Notes: generated from the letters alone by a model not told the origin. A stretch of 35,544 bases of DNA from Candidatus Moranbacteria bacterium CG23_combo_of_CG06-09_8_20_14_all_35_22 (GCA_002772115.1 PCRW01000053.1:1-35544), one strand, 5' to 3'; shown: positions 22,115-30,581, counted from the stretch's first letter. Numbers and translations are program-made.

Positions 22115-23269
22115 ATGTCCATTCTTAAAAAAATATTTTTTTTATCTCTGTTTTTTCTTTTTCTCTCCACGCTTTTTTGGGGTATTTATATGCTGTCTTT
22201 CAAAAAAAATTTGCCAGTGGAAAATAAGTCGTCAATTGCAAAAAATCCACCCTCTTCTTTGGAAAATCCAGACGATAAACCTGCCCCTGAAGCAAAAATT
22301 TCCGTCATTTCTCAAGAATCCGTTCTTTCCCCCGTTCTTTCTCCGGATGAAAATTCTATTTGGTATTATTCTCTTTCCGGCGAACTGAAAGAAATTGATT
22401 TTTTTGGAAAAACTACTAAAAAACTCACTACTAAAAAAATTATCAATCTCATTGGAGCAATTTGGTCTCCAGATAAATCAAAAGCTCTCCTTGAAATCGG
22501 ACAAAATCATAAAACAGATTATCTTTTGCTTTTTGATCGCCCCAAAGACCAACTTATATTCTTAAACAAAAATATTAACTGCACTTCTTGGCTTGCATCT
22601 TCCGACAGAATAATTTACAAATATTTCGATTCAAAAAACAACCGGGGTTCACTCAACATTTCCGCTCCAGATGGAAGTAATTGGAAAAAACTACTTGATT
22701 TGCCTCACGATAAAATTGTTTTTTCCCAAATTCCCTTGTCCGGACTTATTTCCTTTTGGAATAACGGCGATGCTTATTATCCCACTCTTTTTCAGTCTAT
22801 GTCTCTAATCGGCGAGAATACAAAAACATTATCTCAAAACTACTTCGGTGCGGATTATCTTTGGAATCAATCTGGCAACCGAGTTTTAACTAGCCAAACA
22901 GACGCCCAAGGCGGAACTAAAATGCAACTAGGAGTAATGAACTACAACGGTGGAGAATACAAAAATCTGGGACTACCAACTTTTGTTTCCAAATGTCTTT
23001 GGTCAAAAGACAACGAAAATATTTATTGCGCTCTGCCAGGAAACATTCCGGACAATTCAATTTTGCCTAATGATTATAAACTGGGAAAATTCACCACCAC
23101 CGACACTTTTTGGAAAATCAACATTACTACGAGCGAAAAAACCCGCCTGCTGGAAACAAAAGACATCTCGGATTCTTTTGACGCCTCCGATTTTTTCGCC
23201 AGCACTGATGAAAGTTTGATTTTTTTCGTCAACAAAAAAGATGGGAAATTATACAAAATAGTTTTGTAG
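22115..23269 (+). CDS. Membrane-anchored TolB-like (PD40/beta-propeller-like) protein
   Basis: N-terminal TM helix. Repeated SPD...-type strands (LSPDENSIWYYS, IWSPDKSKALLE, WSKDNENIYCA) resemble PD40 repeats. Confidence 0.45.
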   Translation: MSILKKIFFLSLFFLFLSTLFWGIYMLSFKKNLPVENKSSIAKNPPSSLENPDDKPAPEAKISVISQESVLSPVLSPDENSIWYYSLSGELKEIDFFGKTTKKLTTKKIINLIGAIWSPDKSKALLEIGQNHKTDYLLLFDRPKDQLIFLNKNINCTSWLASSDRIIYKYFDSKNNRGSLNISAPDGSNWKKLLDLPHDKIVFSQIPLSGLISFWNNGDAYYPTLFQSMSLIGENTKTLSQNYFGADYLWNQSGNRVLTSQTDAQGGTKMQLGVMNYNGGEYKNLGLPTFVSKCLWSKDNENIYCALPGNIPDNSILPNDYKLGKFTTTDTFWKINITTSEKTRLLETKDISDSFDASDFFASTDESLIFFVNKKDGKLYKIVL

Positions 23270-23271
23270 AA

Positions 23272-23325
23272 GAGACAACTTGGAGACTAAATCTCCAATT
23301 GGAGATTTAGTCTCCAAGTTGTCTC
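23272..23325. terminator. 54-nt perfect palindrome (38-mer copy 2 extended by gagacaac/gttgtctc) between convergent operons
   Basis: Lies between the stop of the + locus (23269) and the stop of the - glycan cluster (23330). No canonical U-tract, so a terminator role is inferred from position only. Confidence 0.55.
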
Positions 23326-23329
23326 CAGA

Positions 23330-24496
23330 TTAGTCTTTCAGCACCAAAAAATTCAACCAGAAGATAATCGCCAGATCATTTTTGAAATAAGTCGTATCAA
23401 AAATTCCGTGAAGCAAAATAATCAGCATAATTCCTAAAGTTATAAACAGAATTTCATTCGATTCTGTTTTTATTTTTACAAAAATATCTTTTAACCAAAA
23501 AAACACCAGACTCAAAAAACCCACCAGGCCTAGAATTCCGCCAGAAAGCCAGAAAGCTAAATATAAATTATTTGGGTGTGGCACTGCCCATTCCAAATAA
23601 GGCGGATAAAATTTTTGATATTCTAAATAATTTTTTTGAAAATTCCCTGGTCCGATACCAAAGATAAAATTATTTTCCAGCATCTTTGTTGAGGCTTTCC
23701 AAATCATCACTCGAGAAGCCAAAGAAGATCTTGTATCAGAAAATAATAAATCCGTCATTTTCTTGCTATTCCACTGGGACAATAAAAATACAAAAATAAT
23801 TATCATAACTAGGATAATTTTTTTCATTTCAATTTTATTTTTTATTAGGCTTAAAATTATATAACTCACTGCTACTGAAGACCATCCCGCATAAGAATAA
23901 GTCAGATAAAAAGTGCCTAAAATAATTATCCAACCAAAACCTATGGCGTAATTTTTATTTTTTTCCACCTTAATTTGTTCTAGCACAATGATAATCGCCG
24001 GCGCCAAATACATCGCCAGATAATTTGGCGAATTGAATATGCCAGCCAAACGACCGTCGTAAGTTAAAAAACCTAGCCCATAATATCCCAGTGAAACAAT
24101 AGCCACACCAACTGCCGAAAAAAAATAAACGCTAAAAACATTGGTCAGTTTTTCTTTGGGAATTATTTTCCCCACAAGAAAAAGAAAAAGTATCGGCACC
24201 AAAAACCAGCCTTTTATTATTCCCCAAGATACTGTACTATTGCCGGAAAAAAAAGTAACTGTTAAAATTCCCACAAAAATCAAGCTCGTCGCTCCAATAT
24301 ATTTTTTATATTTTTTAAAAAATTCTCCGCTTATCTTTTTTCCCTTGTCAGAAAAAAACCATAGCAAAAAAATTCCCGCGATTATTATTTCCCAAGCATT
24401 GGTTGGCAAAAAACCAATTTTTATTCTGACTAAATATAGCGGAATGAGAAATATCGCTAAGTAAATTAAGTTTTCTAATATTTTCCTATTTTTCAT
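23330..24496 (-). CDS. O-antigen ligase-like (Wzy_C domain) membrane protein, paralogue 1
   Basis: About 10-12 TM helices. SRVMIWKASTKMLENNFIFGIGPGNF and PHPNNLYLAFWLSGGILG blocks typical of the family. ATG at 24496 overlaps the upstream stop by about 10 nt; a TTG at 24523 is an alternative start. Confidence 0.7.
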   Translation of the reverse strand: MKNRKILENLIYLAIFLIPLYLVRIKIGFLPTNAWEIIIAGIFLLWFFSDKGKKISGEFFKKYKKYIGATSLIFVGILTVTFFSGNSTVSWGIIKGWFLVPILFLFLVGKIIPKEKLTNVFSVYFFSAVGVAIVSLGYYGLGFLTYDGRLAGIFNSPNYLAMYLAPAIIIVLEQIKVEKNKNYAIGFGWIIILGTFYLTYSYAGWSSVAVSYIILSLIKNKIEMKKIILVMIIIFVFLLSQWNSKKMTDLLFSDTRSSLASRVMIWKASTKMLENNFIFGIGPGNFQKNYLEYQKFYPPYLEWAVPHPNNLYLAFWLSGGILGLVGFLSLVFFWLKDIFVKIKTESNEILFITLGIMLIILLHGIFDTTYFKNDLAIIFWLNFLVLKD

Positions 24497-25736
24497 ATCT
24501 GGGATATAAATTAATAACAACAAGAAATAACGCCAGTACGATTGGGGAATATAGACCGGTTTCCACTAATGAATGCACGGAAAAAATAATCAAGCTCACA
24601 AAAAATCCGCTATAAATCATATCCTTTTGGGAAAAAATCCAAAAGTTCCAAAGCGTTATCAGCAAAATAAAAATCCAAACCAAACTGGTCGTAATCCCTT
24701 CTTCAACCGCAATATCCAAATAAGTATTATGGGCATAAATTGGATTTCGATAATTTATTTTATCATCCACTTCCAAAGAAAAATTACCGATACCCGTTCC
24801 AAAAAAGGGTTTTTCTAAAATTATTTCTAAGGACTTTTGCCACATTTCAAGCCGTCCTATATTTGATCCTTCCGCTGAATCAAAACTGGAAACAAATCTC
24901 TGTGAAATTGGGCTAGGCACAGTAAACATCAAAATAAAAAATATCATTCCGAAAAAAGTCGCCACTCTATGTTTCCACGCCATTCTTTTATAAAAAATAA
25001 GCAAAAAAATTGCCGATCCTGATGCAATTGCCACATACCCGCCCCGCGAGAAAGTCAAAATATTAGCGAAAAAAATAACAGCAAAAGAAAATGCCCAGAG
25101 AAATTTTTCTTTCGAAATAAAAAACAAAATTATCGGAAGCGGAAATATTATTCCTAAAAACATCGAGAAGGAATGAGGATTAGGAAAAGTGGCAATCGAA
25201 CGGAAATAATTATCCCCGGAAATACCCACAAACAAACTGGGATATTTGGCTACCATTTGTGCTAAATTATCTCCCCAGAAAATTGGACCAGCGAAATTCA
25301 AATAAAAATTCAAAATCTCTTCATGACTCCAAAAAAATTGGCAAAGAAATTGTACAATTCCCAGAGTCGCAACTAGTGCCCCTGATAAAACTAGGATTTT
25401 TAGCGTTTTTATAACTTTCTCTCTATTATTTAGAATATCTTTCGCTACAAAATACAAGGGAAAAATAGAAAACAAGTAGAGTAATTTCCTTGCTCCCCAA
25501 ATATAATTTTGAGCAAAAAACAAAGAAACAAAACTCAAAAAAAGAAAAAGAAGGATGGCCATTGTCTGCACATCAAAAGTTAATTTTTCTTTATTTTTTA
25601 TCTTATTACAAATCCAAATAAAAAATAAAACTAGAATAAAAATTCTTAGCGAAGCCAAATCAACCCCTACCGCCGGATTAAGCGCGATTTGAAAAGGCAG
25701 ATAAAAGCATAAAAATAAAAATAAATTAAATATCAT
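24486..25736 (-). CDS. O-antigen ligase-like (Wzy_C domain) membrane protein, paralogue 2
   Basis: TFSRGGYVAIASG, GRLEMWQKSLEIILEKPFFGTGIGNF and YAHNTYLDIAVEEGI blocks. Polytopic. Confidence 0.75.
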   Translation of the reverse strand: MIFNLFLFLCFYLPFQIALNPAVGVDLASLRIFILVLFFIWICNKIKNKEKLTFDVQTMAILLFLFLSFVSLFFAQNYIWGARKLLYLFSIFPLYFVAKDILNNREKVIKTLKILVLSGALVATLGIVQFLCQFFWSHEEILNFYLNFAGPIFWGDNLAQMVAKYPSLFVGISGDNYFRSIATFPNPHSFSMFLGIIFPLPIILFFISKEKFLWAFSFAVIFFANILTFSRGGYVAIASGSAIFLLIFYKRMAWKHRVATFFGMIFFILMFTVPSPISQRFVSSFDSAEGSNIGRLEMWQKSLEIILEKPFFGTGIGNFSLEVDDKINYRNPIYAHNTYLDIAVEEGITTSLVWIFILLITLWNFWIFSQKDMIYSGFFVSLIIFSVHSLVETGLYSPIVLALFLVVINLYPRYEK

Positions 25737-25746
25737 AATAAGTCAC

Positions 25747-25911
25747 TGAAGAATATTATTTTTGAGATTTATCCTGTTTGAGAATGTCGTATTTCTCCAA
25801 AACTTTGGCTTATCAGCTGTTGACCGGGGGCGAAAGTTTTGGCAAGAAATTCGACGGCCGAGTTACCCGCCTGCCGGCGAGGCAGGTAAACCGAAAAAAT
25901 AATATTCTTCA
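25747..25911. repeat. ~165-nt structured intergenic element (long hairpin) carrying a nested GC-rich 22-mer
   Basis: Outer stem tgaagaatattattttt / aaaaataatattcttca. Inner stem gtcgtatttctccaaaacttt / aaagttttggcaagaaattcgac. Shares the left-arm motif TTTTTGAGAnTTnTCnTGTTTGAGAA with 29127-29268. Confidence 0.65.
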
Positions 25912-26691
25912 ATGGTTTGCATAAAATAATTTACCCAACATTTTAATCAGTAGCCATTCGAAAAAATTTCTATGTTTTTTAAAATAATATTCTTGCGCCT
26001 TATAATAATCTTTTTTTTGAAAGTTTTTTTCCGGATAACTTCTGCCACCTATGTGTCTAACTTTAAAGTTTGGATTATACAAAATAATATTTCCTCGCGC
26101 GCGCACTCTTTTGCACAAATCCATATCTTCAAAATACATAAAGAATTTTTCATCAAAGCCACCTGTTTTTTCAAAAGTATCCTTTCGGATGAAAAGTGCT
26201 GCCCCCGAAACCCAATCAGCTTCTACTTTTTCTTTTGCTTGCCAAATATTTTGGCCACTCGTTAATCCTAAATTATTTTTTATCAGATTAAGTAAGCTAA
26301 TTTCATATCCGACGCTCCAAGGTTGAATCTTATTATCATCTAGCCACAATTGACTTCCAATAATGCCCAGCTTATCATTTTTTTGAAATAAAGAAAAAAT
26401 ATCCTCAATGTTTTTTGAAATAATTTCCGTATCTGGGTTTAAAAACAACAAAATATCCCCCTTGGCAATCCTAGCGCCAACATTGTTCCCCGCGCCAAAT
26501 CCCAAATTCTTTTCGTTTTGATATATTTTAACTTCAGGAAATTTTTGAATTAATTCTTTTATTTTGTCTTTTTGATCATTGTTGACTACAATAATTTCAA
26601 AATCTTCCTTAAAAGAATGTTTATATATTGAATAAAGACATTTGATTAAATATTTTTCACTATGATAATTAACAATTATAATTGATATCAT
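25909..26691 (-). CDS. Family 2 glycosyltransferase
   Basis: ISIIIVNYHS, GFGAGNN, FEDMDL (DxD) and the usual GT2 layout. Confidence 0.85.
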   Translation of the reverse strand: MISIIIVNYHSEKYLIKCLYSIYKHSFKEDFEIIVVNNDQKDKIKELIQKFPEVKIYQNEKNLGFGAGNNVGARIAKGDILLFLNPDTEIISKNIEDIFSLFQKNDKLGIIGSQLWLDDNKIQPWSVGYEISLLNLIKNNLGLTSGQNIWQAKEKVEADWVSGAALFIRKDTFEKTGGFDEKFFMYFEDMDLCKRVRARGNIILYNPNFKVRHIGGRSYPEKNFQKKDYYKAQEYYFKKHRNFFEWLLIKMLGKLFYANH

Positions 26692-26702
26692 AATATGTTA
26701 AA

Positions 26703-26747
26703 TTCCTAAAGAATTAAAATTTTTCAAAAATTTTAATTCTTTAGGAA
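26703..26747. repeat. 45-nt perfect palindrome between the two GT2 genes
   Basis: ttcctaaagaattaaaattttt-c-aaaaattttaattctttaggaa, with 22-bp arms verified by hand. Confidence 0.85.
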
Positions 26748-26748
26748 C

Positions 26749-27606
26749 TCAAATTATATTCTTAAAATCTTGATACGCTCTGCCCACTGCTTCATTCAGG
26801 GCTGTTTTTTCGCACTTTCTCTCTTTCCAGTTTTTAATTTTTCTTAATCTAACATACAAAAATATCCACGGTTTCAAAAATAAAGGAGAATTTTTTTTGA
26901 AAAAAATCAACCCAGAAAGCACCAGCCAATAACTTTTACTGGCTTTTTTTTCTTGGCTTTTTTCGTAGTGACGAATTCGGCTGGAAGTGCAAACTGCCAA
27001 TTTATAGCCAGCTTTTTTGACCCGCAAAGAAAAGTCCGCGTCTTCCCAATATAAAAAATAATCTTCATCAAAAAGTCCTGCTCGCCGAAAAACTTCCGCC
27101 CGAATAAGCATTGCGCATCCGGAAATATAATCCGTATTGAAATTATTTTTTTGAAGTTCCTTTTCTTGATGCTGGCTTTTCATTTTGAACCAATCAATTT
27201 CTCCTCCAGAAAACCAAATTTTTTTGCTATCGCCCACTAAAATCACTGGGCTAATTATCCCAATTCTTTCATTTTTTTCTATTTCTTCCACCAAAAAATC
27301 TAGGGAATTTTTTTCAATTTCTGTGTCATAATTTAGAAGCCAGATATAATCCGCTCCGCGTTCAAGCGCATATTCAATTCCAATGTTATTACCAGAAGAA
27401 AAACCTAAATTCTCACTATTTTTTATTAAGATTATTTTAGAAAATTCCCGTTTAATCATTTCAAAAGATCCATCCGTAGAATTATTATCCACTAGGATCA
27501 CTTCAAAATTAGGATAATCCATTCGAAAAACACTGGCTAAGGCTTTTTTCAAACAAGCCCGTCCATTATAATTTAGGATTATCACAAAAACCTTGGGCTG
27601 ATCCAT
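26749..27606 (-). CDS. Family 2 glycosyltransferase
   Basis: VFVIILNYNG, VDNNSTDGS, GFSSGNN, YWEDADF blocks. Confidence 0.85.
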   Translation of the reverse strand: MDQPKVFVIILNYNGRACLKKALASVFRMDYPNFEVILVDNNSTDGSFEMIKREFSKIILIKNSENLGFSSGNNIGIEYALERGADYIWLLNYDTEIEKNSLDFLVEEIEKNERIGIISPVILVGDSKKIWFSGGEIDWFKMKSQHQEKELQKNNFNTDYISGCAMLIRAEVFRRAGLFDEDYFLYWEDADFSLRVKKAGYKLAVCTSSRIRHYEKSQEKKASKSYWLVLSGLIFFKKNSPLFLKPWIFLYVRLRKIKNWKERKCEKTALNEAVGRAYQDFKNII

Positions 27607-27614
27607 AGAAATTT

Positions 27615-29030
27615 TTATTTTTTGCTAATTATGCTCATTATTTCTTCAGTCTTAACTACTTGGAATATCCAAATAAATAGACCGTAGACGGCCGTAGCGG
27701 AAAAAGCCAATAAGAAAAAATTTATTTCCTTAAAGATAAAGCAATAAACTGTCATAAAAAATCCCGCTAATAAAATCGCCCAAAACTTTTCTATTTTTGG
27801 AAAATATTTCAACTCCTTGATGATTATATAAAAAGCTGTCAAAGCCACAAACATTTCCGTCGCTACTGAAATAATCGCTGACGCCAAATAAGAATAGTGC
27901 GGGATAAAAATCAGATTGGCAGACACATTGAAAATTGCCGCCAAGGACATAATAAACATTAATTTTTTTTGCTTGTTACTAGAAATTAAAACGACATTAA
28001 AAAGATTACTGAAAAATATACAGCTCAAGGAAAAAACTAAAATCCGAAGCACTATTACAGAAGCACTAAAACCTTGCCCACCAATAAGTTCAACGATTCC
28101 CTCTGCTAAAAACAGCGTGCCAACAACCAGCGGAACAATAATAATCCAAAAAACTTTGAGTGTTCGGTTAGTAATATCATAAAAGCGCATTTTATCAGAA
28201 AAAATATTTTTGGATATTATTGGAAAAACCAAACCAGCTATCATGGCTGGGAAAAAAGTTATATTTTCAATTACTTTATAAGCCACATTGTAAATTCCTA
28301 CTTCTGCCCCAGTTTTCAAAATAGACAGCAAAATTGTGTCTATTTTAAAATAAATAAAACTAATAACAGCGGCAATGCCTAGCGGATATGACTCTTTTAA
28401 AAATTTTTTCCAATAAATAAAATCGAATTTCAAGGAAAAAGAAACATATTTTTTTGACCAAAAATAAATCAAAGAAAAACTGCAAAGCATATTCAATAAA
28501 AGCGAAAAAATTATCCAAAGAAAACTAAGCTCAAACTTAATCGCGTAAAAAATAAATATTACTTGGATAATTTTCCCTAAAAGCTCTGCCATTGCCACCT
28601 TATCCATCGCCAAGTTTTTTTGAAATATCCCATTTAACACTTGATAGGAGGAGGAAAAAACAAAAGACAGCGCCACTATAACAATCGCTTGCTTAACTTC
28701 CGCTGGGTAAGGAAAGAAAAAAACAATTATCGGCGAAAAAACAAAAACAAATAATGAAATTATCGCTCTTAGAGAAAAAATATTCCCAATAATTTCTTTC
28801 TCATTATTTTCGGGACGAGAAATTTCCCGCGTAACTGTGGAATAAAGTCCTAAATCAGCTATGGCAGTGAAGAAAGATAAGAAAGCCAGCACGGTAGCAT
28901 AATTGCCAAAACCTTCTTGACCCAGATATCGGGTAATTAGGCCAATAGAAACGAGCGCCAAAATTGTCGAGAAAATTTTGGCAGTACTGCTAAAAACAAC
29001 ATTATAAGCTATTTTTCTGGCGATAACCAT
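27615..29030 (-). CDS. Wzx-like polysaccharide flippase (MOP superfamily)
   Basis: 471 aa, about 12-14 TM helices. The N-terminal AYNVVFSSTAKIFSTILALVSIGLITRYLGQEGFGNY pattern is typical of polysaccharide biosynthesis/flippase proteins. Confidence 0.8.
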   Translation of the reverse strand: MVIARKIAYNVVFSSTAKIFSTILALVSIGLITRYLGQEGFGNYATVLAFLSFFTAIADLGLYSTVTREISRPENNEKEIIGNIFSLRAIISLFVFVFSPIIVFFFPYPAEVKQAIVIVALSFVFSSSYQVLNGIFQKNLAMDKVAMAELLGKIIQVIFIFYAIKFELSFLWIIFSLLLNMLCSFSLIYFWSKKYVSFSLKFDFIYWKKFLKESYPLGIAAVISFIYFKIDTILLSILKTGAEVGIYNVAYKVIENITFFPAMIAGLVFPIISKNIFSDKMRFYDITNRTLKVFWIIIVPLVVGTLFLAEGIVELIGGQGFSASVIVLRILVFSLSCIFFSNLFNVVLISSNKQKKLMFIMSLAAIFNVSANLIFIPHYSYLASAIISVATEMFVALTAFYIIIKELKYFPKIEKFWAILLAGFFMTVYCFIFKEINFFLLAFSATAVYGLFIWIFQVVKTEEIMSIISKK

Positions 29031-29046
29031 AGAGTTTACGAACTAC

Positions 29047-29091
29047 CCGCCTCGACTCGCGAAGACGATTGCTCGTCGACGCGAGGCGGGC
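29047..29091. repeat. 45-nt GC-rich hairpin, second copy of the 16214-16257 element
   Basis: ccgcctcgactcgcgaagacgattgctcgtcgacgcgaggcgggc, again followed by gaaataa and preceded by ...actac. The same host-repeat context as at 16200. Confidence 0.8.
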
Positions 29092-29126
29092 GAAATAAAC
29101 GAAAATACGAAAAGTTAAAATTATAG

Positions 29127-29268
29127 TTAAAGAATTATCTTTTTGAGAAATTTCTGTTTGAGAACCCAAAAATTATCTAAAATTTTCCTACGACCGCCGT
29201 TGATTGAGGGAAAATTTTAGTAATAATTTTTAGGGTTCGAGTTAATTTCGAAAAAAATAATTCTTTAA
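29127..29268. repeat. ~140-nt structured intergenic element homologous in design to 25747-25911
   Basis: Outer stem ttaaagaattat / ataattctttaa. Inner stem gaacccaaaaattatctaaaattttcc / ggaaaattttagtaataatttttagggttc. Contains tttttgagaaatttctgtttgagaa. Confidence 0.65.
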
Positions 29269-29274
29269 TAAATT

Positions 29275-29763
29275 TTAAACCAAATCAGCTGGCTTAATTA
29301 CCACCCTTCGGTCTTCTCCTTCACCAGTGCTTTCTGTTTTGATTTGTTTATTCTTTGCCAACTCCATATGAACAAGTCTTCTCTCATACGGCGACATTGG
29401 ACGAAGTGTTACCGCTCGCTTCTCTTCTAATGATTGCTTAACTGCATTTTTCGCTAAAATCAAAACAGATTCATTTTTTTCCTGCCGATAAGAATTAACA
29501 TCCAGCAAAAAATTTATTTTGTTCTCGATTTTTTGACGAAAAATTATTCTAGCAATATGTTGCAAAGCTTGAAGATTGACTCCGTATTGACCAATTAGAA
29601 AATTAGACTCTTTGGTTTGGATGTTGAAAATCAGATCAGTTTGCTCTTCTGTTTTGATTTCTTCCGGTTCAACTTGGCATTCAATTCCCATTTTTTCAAC
29701 TAATTCTTCCACTGTTTTTTTAATTTTTTCCTTTGTCTCTTCATTTATTATTTCATTTTCCAT
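29275..29763 (-). CDS. jag: Jag/KhpB-type RNA-binding protein (KH + R3H domains)
   Basis: KH-like FLIGQYGVNLQALQHI and R3H LRPMSPYERRLVHMEL. Conserved position downstream of yidC. ATG at 29763; a GTG at 29778 is an alternative start. Confidence 0.85.
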   Translation of the reverse strand: MENEIINEETKEKIKKTVEELVEKMGIECQVEPEEIKTEEQTDLIFNIQTKESNFLIGQYGVNLQALQHIARIIFRQKIENKINFLLDVNSYRQEKNESVLILAKNAVKQSLEEKRAVTLRPMSPYERRLVHMELAKNKQIKTESTGEGEDRRVVIKPADLV

Positions 29764-29818
29764 ATTAATAAAACCCACGCACTAATGATAAACATATAAT
29801 CCTTAATGCGGAGCCATT

Positions 29819-30577
29819 TTAACTCTTATTTTTCTCTTTTTTCAAAACTCTCCTTTGTTGAATTATAGCAAAAACCGTAGAAACAAGCCAGTAAAGCGCC
29901 AGCCCAGCTGGAAATTTTATCCCGATAAAAAGAGTTAGGATTGGCCCAAGATACATCATTTGACGAGACATTGTTTGAGAAATATCCGGTGTGGAATTTT
30001 CTGATGGGGGGACTGCTTTGGGCATTATCATTTTCATTTGAAAATATTGCGCGCCAGCCGCTAAAAAGATCAATATCAATTGAGGAACAATCTTAATGTC
30101 TAATTGATTTAGGTTTATTGTTTTGGAAAGGTCAATAATTCCTAAAAAATATTGGTTAATTTGACCGGGATTGGAAACAAAAGAATATAATTCTTTTGGA
30201 TCAACTAGGAGTCCGGCGCTAGAAATATTGAAAAGTACCTGATAAATCGCAATTAGAAAAATAAGCTGGAAAATTGTTGGAAGACACCCTGAAAAAGGAT
30301 TGGTTTTATTTTGCTTATAAAACTCCATCAGCGCTCGACTTTGCTTTTCCTTATCATCTTTATGTTTTTTTTGAATTTCTTTGATTTTTGGTTGCATTTC
30401 CTGCATTTTTTTCTGGGATTCGATTTGTTTTTTGCTTAGTGGAATCAGCAGAAATTTCAAAACTAAAGTTACAATAATAATGGCAATACCAAAATCAGGA
30501 TAGGGAATAATATTATAAATAAAAATCAAAAAATTGTAGATTGGTCGATAAATTGTTTCCCCAAAAATAAATGACAT
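29819..30577 (-). CDS. yidC: Membrane protein insertase YidC (short, Gram-positive type)
   Basis: NPFSGCLPTIFQLIFLIAIY, PAGLALYWLVS and a basic C-terminal tail. rnpA-yidC-jag synteny. Confidence 0.9.
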   Translation of the reverse strand: MSFIFGETIYRPIYNFLIFIYNIIPYPDFGIAIIIVTLVLKFLLIPLSKKQIESQKKMQEMQPKIKEIQKKHKDDKEKQSRALMEFYKQNKTNPFSGCLPTIFQLIFLIAIYQVLFNISSAGLLVDPKELYSFVSNPGQINQYFLGIIDLSKTINLNQLDIKIVPQLILIFLAAGAQYFQMKMIMPKAVPPSENSTPDISQTMSRQMMYLGPILTLFIGIKFPAGLALYWLVSTVFAIIQQRRVLKKEKNKS

Positions 30578-30581
30578 TTTG

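Noticed and set aside
7163-23269. Integrative conjugative element or conjugative plasmid segment
   Set aside because: No relaxase, coupling protein, integrase/recombinase, replication or partition genes, or attachment-site-like direct repeats were recognised in or next to the locus.
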